NCBI RefSeq assembly: GCF_000143415.4
Contig: NW_003314277.1
Span: 69,426 to 133,425, forward strand
Direction: 5' to 3'
DNA from: Selaginella moellendorffii
Taxonomy: Eukaryota; Plantae; Lycopodiophyta
Length of the DNA stretch: 64,000 bases
Positions 48,625 through 60,100 of the stretch are shown piece after piece. How positions within the stretch are numbered: position 1 is the first letter of the stretch; the number at the start of each line of letters is the position of its first letter. Made by a program: the position numbers and the translations under genes. Below the pieces are notes generated by a model, which was not told the DNA's origin, did no database searches, and worked only from the letters and a program-made list of their open reading frames with translations.

Positions 48625-49770
48625 TCATGAAACTTTCCTATAGAGATTTTGGAAGCCACTTCCAATGCACGTAAGTAGAACCGTGCCTGTCGCCGGGTCA
48701 GGCTTGATACTAAACTGCACTCCCAAGAATTCTTTGATGTGTTGCAGCGTCTTGATACTGTAAGAAGAGAGCTTACCAACCCTGACTTTGGAAACATCTT
48801 CCAGGCACAGAGCACAGAGGATGAACAGCAAACCCTGTATGGCAAACAGGAAAGTTTGTGAGATTGCCTTCTTTCCTTTCCAGCTTCACAGATAGATACC
48901 TGGTGAGTTGAATCTACAACTCCTCCCAGATTTATCTCCTGTAGCAAGGACATGGCTGCTTGCGTCCCTAGGTCCTCTGGAAGCTGGAGCTCAGATGCTC
49001 CTGAATGCGTAGCCGCACACTCGAAGCTTAAAATGCAGCCGGTGGTCGTTTCTGCCACCAGTGAGATCCCATAGCCCGGAGATCTGTGCCATGACAAAGG
49101 AAGCAAGATGAAAAAAGTTTACTTTGCAGCACAAAATCATGGAACTTACTTCCCGGACTCCGAACCAGTGTAGTGATCAGTAAAGATGTACACGTTGGGG
49201 AGCAAGCGATTTAGCACGCCACATTCAATTGGCCATATGAGGTGAGACACATGTGGAGTAACTTACTCCTCAGATATGTTTCACCATGCCCTCATCCACC
49301 CATGTAGCAGCCTGGCGAAGGATTCTTAACGAGGAGAGAAAGAAAAGAAGAGGAGTTTGGAGAAACTACCGTGAGGCTCTTGGGGACAATGGGAACTTTG
49401 AGGATGACTTCACTACCACCAAAGGGAGGAGCTCCACGGGCAACAACCTTGAGTTCTAGGCCTTCAATTGGAACACCAAAGTGCTTAAGCATTTTGGCAG
49501 TGTTGCTGTGCGAAAGGTGTCGACGCAGGGGTCCCTGCTGTCATTTGTAATGCCTGTCACAGGCCACAAAGAATCCTAGTTAACAACCGAGAGACTTGGA
49601 AATCGAAACATGAAGAAGAAAGAAACAAGGAAGGAAAAGGAAAAAAACGATATGGATATGGAGGAAAACATACCTCTCAATGTGATCGAAAGCGGCTTCT
49701 TTCCAAACAATCCCAAGATGATGAGAGGCTCAAGAAAATATCCAATTCCGCGACTTACTGCACTTCCAGG
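48625..49770 (-). pseudogene. RCL1: RNA 3'-terminal phosphate cyclase-like (RCL1) pseudogene, 5'-truncated
   Basis: SRGIGYFLEPLI, GITND, RGAPPFGGSEV, SPGYGISLVAETTTG, GGVVDSTHQ, CIGSGFQNL. Stops and deletions at 49200-49290. Confidence 0.85.
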
Positions 49771-49960
49771 CCACCACATCTTTCTTCTTCATCCCTTGGA
49801 ACACACCAATTGCGCCTCGCAAGCTGCCACATGCAGCATACATGTCAATCAGTGCAGTAGACACGATCAAGCTCGAATCCCAGCTAGCAACAACGATTTG
49901 GGAGTGGATTTGCTTACCTACCGGAAGAAATCTTGATCCACAGCACGCTCCAAGGGCCGT
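49770..49960 (-). pseudogene. PPR fragment fused upstream of the RCL1 relic
   Basis: ALGACCGSRFLPVGKQIHSQI...STALIDMYAACGSL..A..VF..MKKKDVVAW is one L-S PPR motif pair. Confidence 0.8.
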
Positions 49961-50335
49961 GACGGACTTGATCCTGCCCAGAGTGACGCCGTGGAGCAGC
50001 AATCTCCAGTCAACACTTTGCATGTGCCACGTGTCGCTAGGCCTTCTTCTCCTACTTGGCCACCTCCCATTGGCGGGAGCAAACATTAGCATGATTATTC
50101 ACTTGGTTAAAAAAATAACCCCTTTACAGTTACCCCCCATCAGATGGTTGTGATTAGCTAGATTCGACAACTCAGAAAGTTTGGCAACTCCTCCTTATTG
50201 TGATAGATGTGTACAAGAATGATTTATCATGCTTAAACCATAATAACAACTTACTATGTATTTTTCACTTCAATGGAGAGCTACATACCTCATACACAAG
50301 GCTAAAATTTTATGTGGCAAAAACAATGCGATAAA

Positions 50336-52191
50336 ATGGCCTCTATATCATCGAGCATGGTTACGATCTGTGATTATGCCAGGAAAGGGCAATTGCCAGA
50401 AGCGAAACATGTTTTCGAAAGAATGCCTCAGCTAGATACTGCATGCTGTAATGCAATGCTCGCGGCTTATTCACGATACAGATTGCTAGATTTGGCCCAT
50501 CAAACGTTTGAGAGCATACCTCAGCCGAATCTCATTTCATGGTCCACCATTATCTCTGCTTATGCCCAAGCTGGGCATCTTGATAGCGCCTGAGAACTGC
50601 TTTGCCTTATGCCTTTGCACAATCTTGTGCTGTGGACTGCGATGCTCGTGGCGCACGTTCGAGCCGGCTCGCTGTCTGTAGCAGAGAATATCTTTGACAT
50701 GATGCTCGAAAGAGATCTTGCATGCTTCAATACTTTGCTTGCGGCATACGCCATGATCCGGCTCGCAAACCAGGCCGAGAGATTCCGCAATGGCCATGCC
50801 CAAAAGGTTTGGGAGAACATGCCCCAGAGGAATTAGTTTCCTGGAACACAATGCTGGGTCTCTACTTAGACTGCGGCAAATTAGATGCTGCCAAGCTCGT
50901 GTTTGAGAACATGCCGGAGGGGAATCTAGCCTCGTGGACTTCCATGGTCAGAGCATATGCCGAGGCCGGATACCCAGAATATGCCCAAAGTATCTTTCTA
51001 CACGACCTCGTTTACTTGTCCACGACACTATATCTCTCCATGGCATCCGGTTAAATATTTTCTTTGCCTGATCTACGTGACCATTGTTACTATACGCAGC
51101 CAACCATAGTTGCCGCAGCTGCTCAGTATGGGTATTTGGAAGAATCCTTACGATTGCCGTACTGCATGCCGTATTGGAACACTTTGGCGTGCAATGCCGT
51201 GCTAGCAGCCTTGGCGAAAGCTAATAGAGTGCAGCAATTAGAAATTATGATCAATTATATTTTGGAAAAAGATATTGTAACGTGGAACATACTTTTGACT
51301 GCATATGCCACGAATGGGGATTTTGAGCGAGACATGGACCTTTTCACTTTTGCGTTCGAGAAAAATATGGTATCCTGGAATATTGTGGTATCGTTTCTTG
51401 CTTGCAGGGACCAATTGGAGGAAGCGAGAATCTATTTTGAAACTATGCCGGAGCAAAACACTGTACCATTATGCGCATTAATTTCTGCATACGCCCTAAT
51501 GGGGCACCTAGACGAGGCAAGACAATTTTCCAGAGCTGCACATATTGAGAGCACTGAAATAAAAACAGCAATGTTCAGCGCGTTTGCGGAAAATGGATGT
51601 GTAGTAGAAGCCAAATATCTGTTTGAAAGTGGTACAAATCATGATTTGGTGTCGTGGACTGCTTTTATGACCGCATTTGCCCTTAATGGGCATTTTTGTC
51701 GTTGCGGGTCCTTGTTCTTGCGTATGCCCGAAAGGGACGTGGTTGCATGGACCACACTGCTTGCAGCTTACGCACAGAACGGCAGGTCCGACGAGGCACT
51801 ATACGTTTTCCACTCCATGAACGCCATGGACGTGTCCGTGGATGGATGCTTTGGCTGTGCGCTCGTGGCATGCAGCCACGTTGGCAGCGTCTACGCGGCA
51901 AGATCTTGCTTCGTGTCGATAGAGATGGACTTCCATGTACAGCCCGTGAAGCTCCACTTTCGGTGCATGATCGATGTCTTGGGGAGAGCCGGGTATTTGC
52001 ATTCTGCCCAGGAGCTGCTCAAAACCATGCCCTTCGAGCCCGAGACTGTGGACTGGAAGTGCCTCTTGGGGGCATGTAGGAGCTACAGATCCTCCGTTGA
52101 GTTTGGGAATTTCGTTGCCAAGAATGTCATTGACAAGGATCCGAGAGGAGCTACTGGTTATGTCCTTGCAGCCAACATGATGGTCTCCTAG
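50336..52191 (+). pseudogene. PPR pseudogene (paralog of 27753-29693)
   Basis: CGA>TGA stop at 50591, deletions near 50785 and an 87-bp inversion at 51016-51102. Confidence 0.9.
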
Positions 52192-52297
52192 TTCTAAGCA
52201 AGATCTCAAACTTCGACCATTTCGTCGTGATGGTTGTTCAATTGTTCATGGCTATCGATTCTCGGCAGCACGAAACTCTACGCCAACGTAACAAAGT

Positions 52298-53377
52298 CTA
52301 CGGCATTAGCACGCCATTCACTCTTTCTTTAAGCTCTTTGTCGCGTGTGGCAACCAGTGTCTGGATCCCGGGGAGCGTCCAGTGCAGCACCCGGTTGCCA
52401 AAAAACATCCGGAGGAGACCCGAAACAAGAAGCTTGTCATTGGCGCTTACCTTGTGCGCCACCGGGAAGCTCAGAATGCTGCTCTCGTAGACCGTGCTGT
52501 CACAAACAATCGCTCCTACGAGCAGCAGTCTTCTCTTCTCAGTCACAGGCGAGAAGCTGCGTTCGATATCCTCGTTGTGCACAATCTTGTCGAAAACGAG
52601 CCTGGCGTTGAGTGCCCTGGCCGCCTCCTCGGTTCGCAGCCTCACTCGTTCCTCCAGCTCCACCAACAAGCTCTTCTTGTCTGGATAGCGCTGGAAGCTC
52701 TCCCAGAGGAGCTTGGCACTACCGCTTTTGATCGTCCCTTTGGATTCAAGCTGACGTCTGAATTCCTTGACGCTGCTGCTCGAGATCTTGTTTCCGGGCT
52801 TGCCAGGCTTGACCATCACGTAGCCGAGAGGATGGATCTCTGCACAGCCCCACCAGCCATCGCCGAGCACCAGGCAGTGGAGCCTGTTTGCCGACGAGTT
52901 CCTGATCGCTGCCCCCATGCCCGTCTGGCTCAGTGCCTGGTACATGCAGTCCGGCCACTTGGTTTCGTCCCTCCCGCCTTGCACCACCACAAGAACAGCG
53001 CTGGGAAGACTCTTGTCTAGCTTGAAATCGTGAGTGTGGCATTTGATCACGTCGTTAAGCTCCTGCTCGCAGCGAGCGGAGGTGGCTTTGGCTTTGTACT
53101 TCCGTGGTTCTCCGTCGATGAGCTCTCCGGGCTTTGGAGAGAATCGCGCGAGTAAGTTGGAGAGCAAAGCCGTGAGGAGCCATGCCCGCGTACTTCCTTT
53201 GAGACTGCCGTAAGCGCTGCCGTGCCTTTGGATCTCGAAAAGAAGCTCACCCAGGAGGAATTGTGACACCTCTTCGCTCACGAGGGCGCCATCGCCACCA
53301 AATTTCTTGACCCTCCCTTGCTCTACCTGGACCAGCGGCTGCTCCAGACTCAACACACTGCTAGGGTGTGGCTCCAT
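52298..53377 (-). CDS. Orphan 359-aa REase-like protein, intact copy 2
   Basis: Open from ATG 53377 (MEPHPSS). Same length as copy 1; indels between them preserve frame. Confidence 0.75.
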   Translation of the reverse strand: MEPHPSSVLSLEQPLVQVEQGRVKKFGGDGALVSEEVSQFLLGELLFEIQRHGSAYGSLKGSTRAWLLTALLSNLLARFSPKPGELIDGEPRKYKAKATSARCEQELNDVIKCHTHDFKLDKSLPSAVLVVVQGGRDETKWPDCMYQALSQTGMGAAIRNSSANRLHCLVLGDGWWGCAEIHPLGYVMVKPGKPGNKISSSSVKEFRRQLESKGTIKSGSAKLLWESFQRYPDKKSLLVELEERVRLRTEEAARALNARLVFDKIVHNEDIERSFSPVTEKRRLLLVGAIVCDSTVYESSILSFPVAHKVSANDKLLVSGLLRMFFGNRVLHWTLPGIQTLVATRDKELKERVNGVLMP

Positions 53378-53575
53378 CAAGTTTTTAGGATTCTTGCGGG
53401 CGGGAATCTCGGGGATGGTGTTTCGTTGGAGGTTGAGAACTCTAGCGTAATGAAGACACAAGAATCTTTGTCAATTTCGATTCGAAAGAGCATCGTTCAC
53501 GCAGCAATCTTTGTAAAGAAGCTTCAATGTAGTGAAGTGAAAATCTAGAACAGTTTAAACTAGGAACCATTAAAT

Positions 53576-54335
53576 TTACATAATGTGAAACACTGGAGTC
53601 TTGGTGAAAAACTCGGTGATCACCAAGGCGAGGAAGCCAAGCATCGCGGTTCGCCCATTCCAGCGCTCCGCCATGGCTCTAAATGGCCCAAACGATCTGC
53701 TGTCCGGGCTCTCGCCCTTAAACATGGGCACCAGCGACGCGTACGCGAATAGCTGTGCCACCGCCAGAAAATGGAAAAGACCAGTGCTCCCCGGCGAGTA
53801 GAGCTGCTCCGCCACCGTTTGTCCCGTCATTCGCTCCACTGCGAATGCCCACACCAATCCTACCATTGCCTGTTTGACAAGTTCACGTTAGTTACTTGGT
53901 TGATCTAGAAAAAAACGCGAAGAAAAATCACCAATCGCTTACCAGTCTTCCGTTGATCGTTTCCGGGCCGGCTCCATCGAACGCCATCAAGCTGGGGAAC
54001 GATCGATCGCCAGTCTCTGGTCGCCTCTCGACCTCTGGCCTGGGATAGAAGGATCCGGACGATGGGACGGCTCCAAACACGGAGCGCTTCTCCGACTCGT
54101 TCTCGGCCTGGTTCTTGAGCACCTCCTCGCGGGTTATCTCCTTCTTGGTGCCGTCGAGAACGCCACTGATGCCGCCATCGCCACCATCCCTTGATTTGTT
54201 CGAGGACGCTCTTACTACTACTAGATTTCTTGTCCCGATGGAGCTTGTGGGCGATTGCGATTGGACATGGATTTTGTTGGAGATGAGCGAGGAAGAAGAG
54301 AGAGCTGCGATACCGCTGCCTGTGACGAGTGCCAT
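53576..54335 (-). CDS. ELIP: ELIP copy 4
   Basis: Intact two-exon gene nearly identical to copy 2. Confidence 0.92.
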
Positions 54336-54701
54336 TTTTTTGAGCTGGGAGCTAGCTAGAACAAAATTCAACAGTGCAACAATGAGCTACTTTCTTTGAT
54401 GTTTGATGGCAAATGACACACAGCTATTTATACGGAGTGGGGATTGTATAACGTGGCAAAATTGACTTTCCATACGTGGCAAAATCGAGGTTTCGGCTCG
54501 TGTCCACTGTATGTGTCGCATCTTGTGCGGTGAAAATGGCCACAGGTAAAAGTTATTTGATTTTACAAGACAAAGTTCCTCTCTATACAGATGTGTTGGT
54601 TTAAAACTCACCCAGGCGTTTTGTCACGGGATCCTGTAGAGTAACCTGCAGCATGCAAGCTGCACTGCCGTCGTCGCGGGTCCTTGGTAAACCCGTTTTT
54701 T

Positions 54702-54801
54702 NNNNNNNNNNNNNNNNNNNNNNNNNNNNNNNNNNNNNNNNNNNNNNNNNNNNNNNNNNNNNNNNNNNNNNNNNNNNNNNNNNNNNNNNNNNNNNNNNNN
54801 N
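54702..54801. other. Assembly gap (100 N)
   Basis: Run of N. Confidence 1.
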
Positions 54802-55120
54802 AGAAGGAAAAAAAATAATTCAACCATAAAAATGCAAATCAGTACAATGGCACAAGATTGCAATGCTGAAAAGACTGAGAGCTTTAGCCAACAGTTAGCC
54901 CCTCTATTTAGCATAGGAGGTTGCTTGGTGTGCTAAGTAGAGGGGCACTGTTGTTTGGTGTGATAAGTAGAGACTTCCTGTAACACAACATGTTGTTTCA
55001 CTCCCTCTCCACTTATGTGGAGGTGCACCTCCTTTTTGTATTTTCTGCCCATCTCCCATATGTTGCCACATGACCCTTCTGCCTACTACTATCGAAAACG
55101 CTTAGGTGAGTTTGACACCA

Positions 55121-55721
55121 ACACATCTGTATAGAGAGGAACTTTGTCTTGTAAAATCAAATAAAAAATAAATATTGCACTCATGATAACAACAACAGCT
55201 TATATCATGAATGTTGATTCATATGAGATTTTGAGACAAAGAAGTGCTTATTAATAATAATGAAAAATCAAAACAAACTTGCAATTATCTATTTCCAAAA
55301 GGGATTGCATTATATTTGTTTATTTGAATACATACGAATTAGACTCCTCAAATTTAATGATTATATAAACTGCTGAATCAAGCCCAAGGGATTATAAGAA
55401 GTTTAAAGAATCATTGTCCTGGATTTAGTGGATTTGTGTGAGTCACTTATAAGTTGCATTTTTTCTATTTATTATAAACATATATATTTATGTAAAGGAG
55501 TTATTGCAATAATTTTTTTCCTTTTTTACCAAATAATCTAAAGGTCAGCATCATGAATTTATAAAAACAACTTACAAAGCTAAACAAATTGAACACATGA
55601 AAATATCTTACTTTCATTAACATCTACATTAAAAATGCCATAGTTTTTTTAAAGTAGGGAATGATAATATTTTTACTTTCCATATTTTTTTACAACCCAA
55701 TAGATGAAAAAAACATATGGA
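55121..55721. repeat. Left arm of a ~600-bp near-identical inverted repeat (right arm ~63294-63894)
   Basis: CACATCTGTATAGAGAGGAACTTTG...AAACATATGG is the reverse complement of 63294-63894. A diverged direct copy lies at ~33302-33835 and a short inverted copy at 54555-54622. Confidence 0.9.
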
Positions 55722-56438
55722 ACCGAATTAATGTATAATTGATTTTCTTTACAAAAATAAAAATGCAAATAAAATGAAAACACCAACCTATAGGCTGGTG
55801 TAACACTGGAAAGCAATCAATAGGCTATTACAATAATAGTTCCATCATCCATCACTCAAACCAAGGGAAATTACATACAGGCAAAAGCAAATCTTCCCCC
55901 ATTAATGATACTTTTCGAAATAAGAATCAATGGATATTATTTTTTGCTTTATTGGATGCTCAAAATCTAATAGTATTTAAGCTTCCAACCTATATGTTTA
56001 TATTTATAATTATCTAAAATTTTATACAGTTCAGTTTAGCTAGCTTAAGCTAGTGGTTAGAGAAGTGACTAGATCAACACCTTGCCATCACCACTTCAGG
56101 TTCTTGAATGCCACGAGGTCACCTTAATTGAGGAGCCACAAGCCATGTAAATAGAAATGTCAAACTGTGTTAGTGCTGAAAGGTCAAATGAAAGAGAAAT
56201 TATGTGATATAGGTTATAGGCATAAGGAAGTTCCAATGGATGCAACTTGATATGAACCACAGGAATATTCCAAGAATATTTTATGGCATGTGGGATTTAA
56301 GGCCGTAATGCATTAAGGGCTGGGAGGTTGGCCTAGGGTTTGCTCTCTTGTTCATTTCATTAGTATAAGAGTAGCACATTCTTTTAGGGATGGCGGGTGA
56401 GCAAAACATTGATCCTAATGAGGAGTATGGTATTAATG

Positions 56439-56999
56439 TGTAAGCAACCAAAGGAAATGACTCAAGAGAAGATCCATAGGGGTTCAAATATAAAGGGAAA
56501 AGGCCCATGAACAAAAGTGCATCTTCTTTTCCAATCCGTTAAGGGTTTTGGGATATTTGAGGTTAAACGTACTTGGGTTTGAATTGTACTGGGCTGAGTG
56601 AGTTTACATTTGGTATAAGAGTGGTCTCAGGTCTAACTCTGTTGGTTGGCTAAGAGAATCATACCACATATTGATTGACATCTAGTAGGTCTAGTTTGCT
56701 CTCAATTGGGCTCGACCCGAGGGGTAGGGTGTCAAGAGAGCGGGGCTCGAGAGAGAGTTGCGCCTCTCAGTTTCCGTTCACGAGGGCGTAAACTTGCAAG
56801 GAAGCGTGATGGATTGTAAGCAACTAAAGGGAACGACTCGAGAGACAATCCATAAGGGTTCAAATATAAGGGAAAGGGCCTATGAACAAGAGTGCACCCC
56901 CGTTTCCAAAGTCTTGGGATATTTAGGGTTAAGCGTCCTTGGGTTTGAATAGTACTGGGCTGGGTGACCTCCCAGGAAGTCCAATCTCAGGAGCATACA
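56439..56999 (+). mobile_element. Cassandra-like TRIM (non-autonomous LTR element) with 5S-rRNA-derived LTR segments, nested in the chromovirus
   Basis: LTR1 56439-56608 (TGTAAG...TTTACA), PBS TGGTATAAGAG at 56611, ~200-bp non-coding interior, purine-rich tract, LTR2 56815-56999 (TGTAAG...ATACA). TSD TAATG at 56434-56438 and 57000-57004. Confidence 0.88.
56928..56982 (+). promoter_or_regulatory. 5S rRNA-like Pol III internal control region (A-box/IE/C-box) in the TRIM 3' LTR; degenerate copy at 56562-56601
   Basis: GTTAAGCGTCCTTGGGTTTGAATAGTACTGGGCTGGGTGACCTCCCAGGAAGTCC aligns without gaps to the 3' half of plant 5S rRNA (reference recalled from memory). Confidence 0.88.
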
Positions 57000-57024
57000 T
57001 AATGATGATAGCCATGACGATGCG

Positions 57025-57175
57025 AAAGAGACTCTTGATAATGTCGTTGTGTGATGATAGCCAAAGAGACTCTTGATAATGTCGTTGTGTGATGATAGCC
57101 AAAGAGACTCTTGATAATGTCGTTGTGTGATGATAGCCATGACGATGTGGAAGAGACTTTTGATGATGTCGTTGT
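57025..57175. repeat. 38-bp minisatellite (3 perfect copies plus 1 degenerate)
   Basis: AAAGAGACTCTTGATAATGTCGTTGTGTGATGATAGCC repeated head-to-tail. Confidence 0.9.
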
Positions 57176-60100
57176 GCGGCAAGGATGCCAGATTTCTGAG
57201 GTTTAGAGCGACATAAAGGAAGTTAAGGACTCGATCAATCTCACTAAGGATTTCTTGTTTCGCATGGACCCTCAAGGGTGCAATCAATCTCATGTCCATG
57301 ATTACCATTGGTACGTCAAGCATGCCAAGGATTATGGTATTGTGGAATAGTGGGAAAGGATTATGGTATTGTGGAATTGTGGGAAAGTTGTTGGATTCAC
57401 AATCCTTATGAGGATAAAGTGAAGATAGATTTCATTGTGACAAAGCTTATGGGCCATGTTTTTTTGTGGTGAAAGAACTACATCAAAGCTAATCCGAAGT
57501 CGACTTCTTGGACTAATTTAATAAAGGTTTTCCATGTTTCATTTGTCAAGAAGTTTGAAGAGGTTGATTTCATGAACCAATTGTTAGAGATCCTACAGAG
57601 GACTTTGTCTATGGATGCGTATGCTCGCAAATTTCCTGACCTTTGCCTTAATCTTACAAGCATCTATAATGAGTTGCTAAAGGTGCAATGTTTCATCAAA
57701 AGATTGAGCTCAGTGGATGTGTAGTAGAAGGTCAAGAAGGATTTTCCAGCAACATTGACTGATGCTATCACTAAGGCTCAAATTTTTTCACCTGAACTGT
57801 CAGTCAACTTGGTCAACTCTAGTCAACGAGATGGTCTACAGAGTAGTCAATATGATGACCAGCTTGCCAATGCTTCATATTCAGGGAAGAAACAGCCATT
57901 ATTCCATCGTGGTTCGAATAATAGAGATGGTAATGAGGCCAAAAGACATCGTTTGAACTAGCGAGAGAAAAACAAGGTGGAGGGCAATTATTTTTGTTGT
58001 CACAAGGCTGGACATCATGGCAAGGATTGTCCTTTTGTGAAAGGATAAAAAAATGCTAAGATGAATATGGTGGAATCCATTGTGGATACAACTCAGGCAT
58101 TTGCTGTGGTGGCTCTTCCACACCCTATGGCAAAAGTTCAAGAATCTAAGTTTCAAGTTCGTATCAACTCTATAGAGATTAATGGTTCTATGCGCAATCA
58201 ATTTATGAAGGCCAAAGGGGACATTCAGGGTAGTGTTGTTAGTATTCTTTTCAATCCAAGTGCTACTCACAATTTTTTGAGCTCCAAGGTGGTGAAAAAA
58301 CTTGGTTTGCCTGTGGAAAGAGTTCAGTAATCTACAAGGTGGTTATGGCAAATGGACATGGCACTCGTGTTTACAGTGAATAAGCTCTAAGTGTTCCTTT
58401 GACAGTTCAAGGGATTCTCAACCATCCTTCGTTCCAAGTTATGGATCTTGGTCACACCGACATTATTTTTGGGAAGGAATGGTTTTATGACAAGAAGCCA
58501 GGGATTGATTAGGAGTGTAATGTTCTGCGTATTAAAGTTGGTGGCATTATAAAAGAGATTGTCAGGACAGATAATAGTGATACCCCATTGATTAACGCTT
58601 TGGAGTTGGTGATATGCACACATGAGATAGCTAATTCTTTTGTGGTGTACATGTTTCTTTCTAATATGATCATGTCTGATTTGGAGTATGTTCATGGGCA
58701 TGGGGCTAGGGTGGATTCCATACAGGAGGAGTTTTGTGACGTATTTCCGAATGAGTTACTTGATGGTTTACCTCCTGAATGTGGCATTCAGCATAAGATT
58801 GACTTGGTTCTTAGAGCTACTCCTTATCAGCGACAACTAACTTATACTAGTCCTGCTGAAGATGAAAAGATTAATAGGCAGCTTGCTAAATACCTTCGGA
58901 AAGGGTGGTTACAGATCAACAAGTCCCCTTGGGCTGCTCTAGTGGTGATGGTCAAAAAGAAAGATGGTATATGGCATTTTTGCGTGAACTATAAGGGATT
59001 GAATGATAGGATAGTGAAGAATATGTTCCCGATCCCTCATATCGATGATTTGCTCGATTGTCTTCGTGGTGCTTGATATTTTTTGAAGATTGATTTGAGG
59101 CAAAGGTATCATCAGATTTGTGTCAAGCCAAAGGATGTTTCGAAAATTGCATTTTGGATAAAGACAGGTCACTACAAGTTTTTAGTGATGCTGTTTGGTT
59201 TGACAAATGCTCCTGCAACTTTTCAGAGATTGATGAATCAAGTTCTACAACCTTACTTGGGAAAGTTTGCAATTGATTATTTTGATGATATCTTGGTATT
59301 TAACTCTTCCATGGAGGAACATGAAATGCATGTGCAAAATGTTTTACAACTTTTGAGGGACAACAAACTTTACTCAAAGTTATCCAAGTGTGAGTTTTTT
59401 TTAGAGGAGATTGGATATCTTGGGCATTTGATTTCGGTACATGGAGTGAGAGTTGATCCCACAAAGATTCAAGTCATGGTTGATTAGCCTATACCTTTGA
59501 CAGTGCATGATCTTTGTAGTTTCCTTGGTATGGTTAGAGTTTTTTGACAATTTGTGAAGGACTTTTCAGGGATAGCAGCCCCTTTAACTAATCTTCTCTA
59601 GAACACATCAAAACATGCTACTATTTATGGTTGGGATGAGAAGTGTGAAGTGGCATTTCAACATTTGAAGTAATGTTGTATCTCTGCTCTAGTGTTGAAG
59701 ATTTTTGATCTTGAAAAGCCTCTTGTGGTTGAGACAGATGCAAGTGACATTGTTATTAGAGCCGTATTGTTTCAAGTTGAGCATCCTCTTGCGTACATGA
59801 GCCATAAGTTTGATGCCACACAGTGGAATTGGCCTACTCGAGACAAAGAGTTGTATGTTGTGATTGCTACTGTGAAGGAATGGCAACATTATCTATATGG
59901 ATCAGACTTCCATGTGGATTTAGACCATCAATCACTCCAATATTTCAGTCGACAAAAGGATTTTCGAGGCTATCTTGCTCGTTGGCAAGAGTTCCTACAG
60001 GAAATGTCTGTTAAGATCCAGTATAAGCATGGAGGTGACAATAAGGTGGCTGATGCATTATCCAAGATGGTAAATTCTATCTCATTTGTGAAGCTATCTA

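Larger units (their letters stand above)
50207..54554. repeat. Segmental duplication unit B
   Basis: Direct repeat of 27616-31952. Confidence 0.9.

Noticed and set aside
27616-54554. Duplication as a pure haplotype-assembly artefact
   Set aside because: The units differ by many indels, an inversion and different flanks, which fits true paralogy better. Long reads would settle it.
54608-54914. ORFs spanning the N run
   Set aside because: Artefacts of the assembly gap.
56203-56622. 5S tract as part of the autonomous chromovirus LTR
   Set aside because: The TAATG TSD, the second TGTAAG-starting LTR and the lack of 5S sequence in the chromovirus 3' LTR show that it belongs to a nested TRIM.
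56928-56982. A genuine 5S rRNA gene
   Set aside because: Only the internal ~55 nt match. The 5' half, terminal stem and oligo-T terminator are absent, and the tract lies inside LTRs.
57025-57175. CRISPR-like array
   Set aside because: Head-to-tail 38-bp units with no unique spacers, inside a eukaryotic retroelement.
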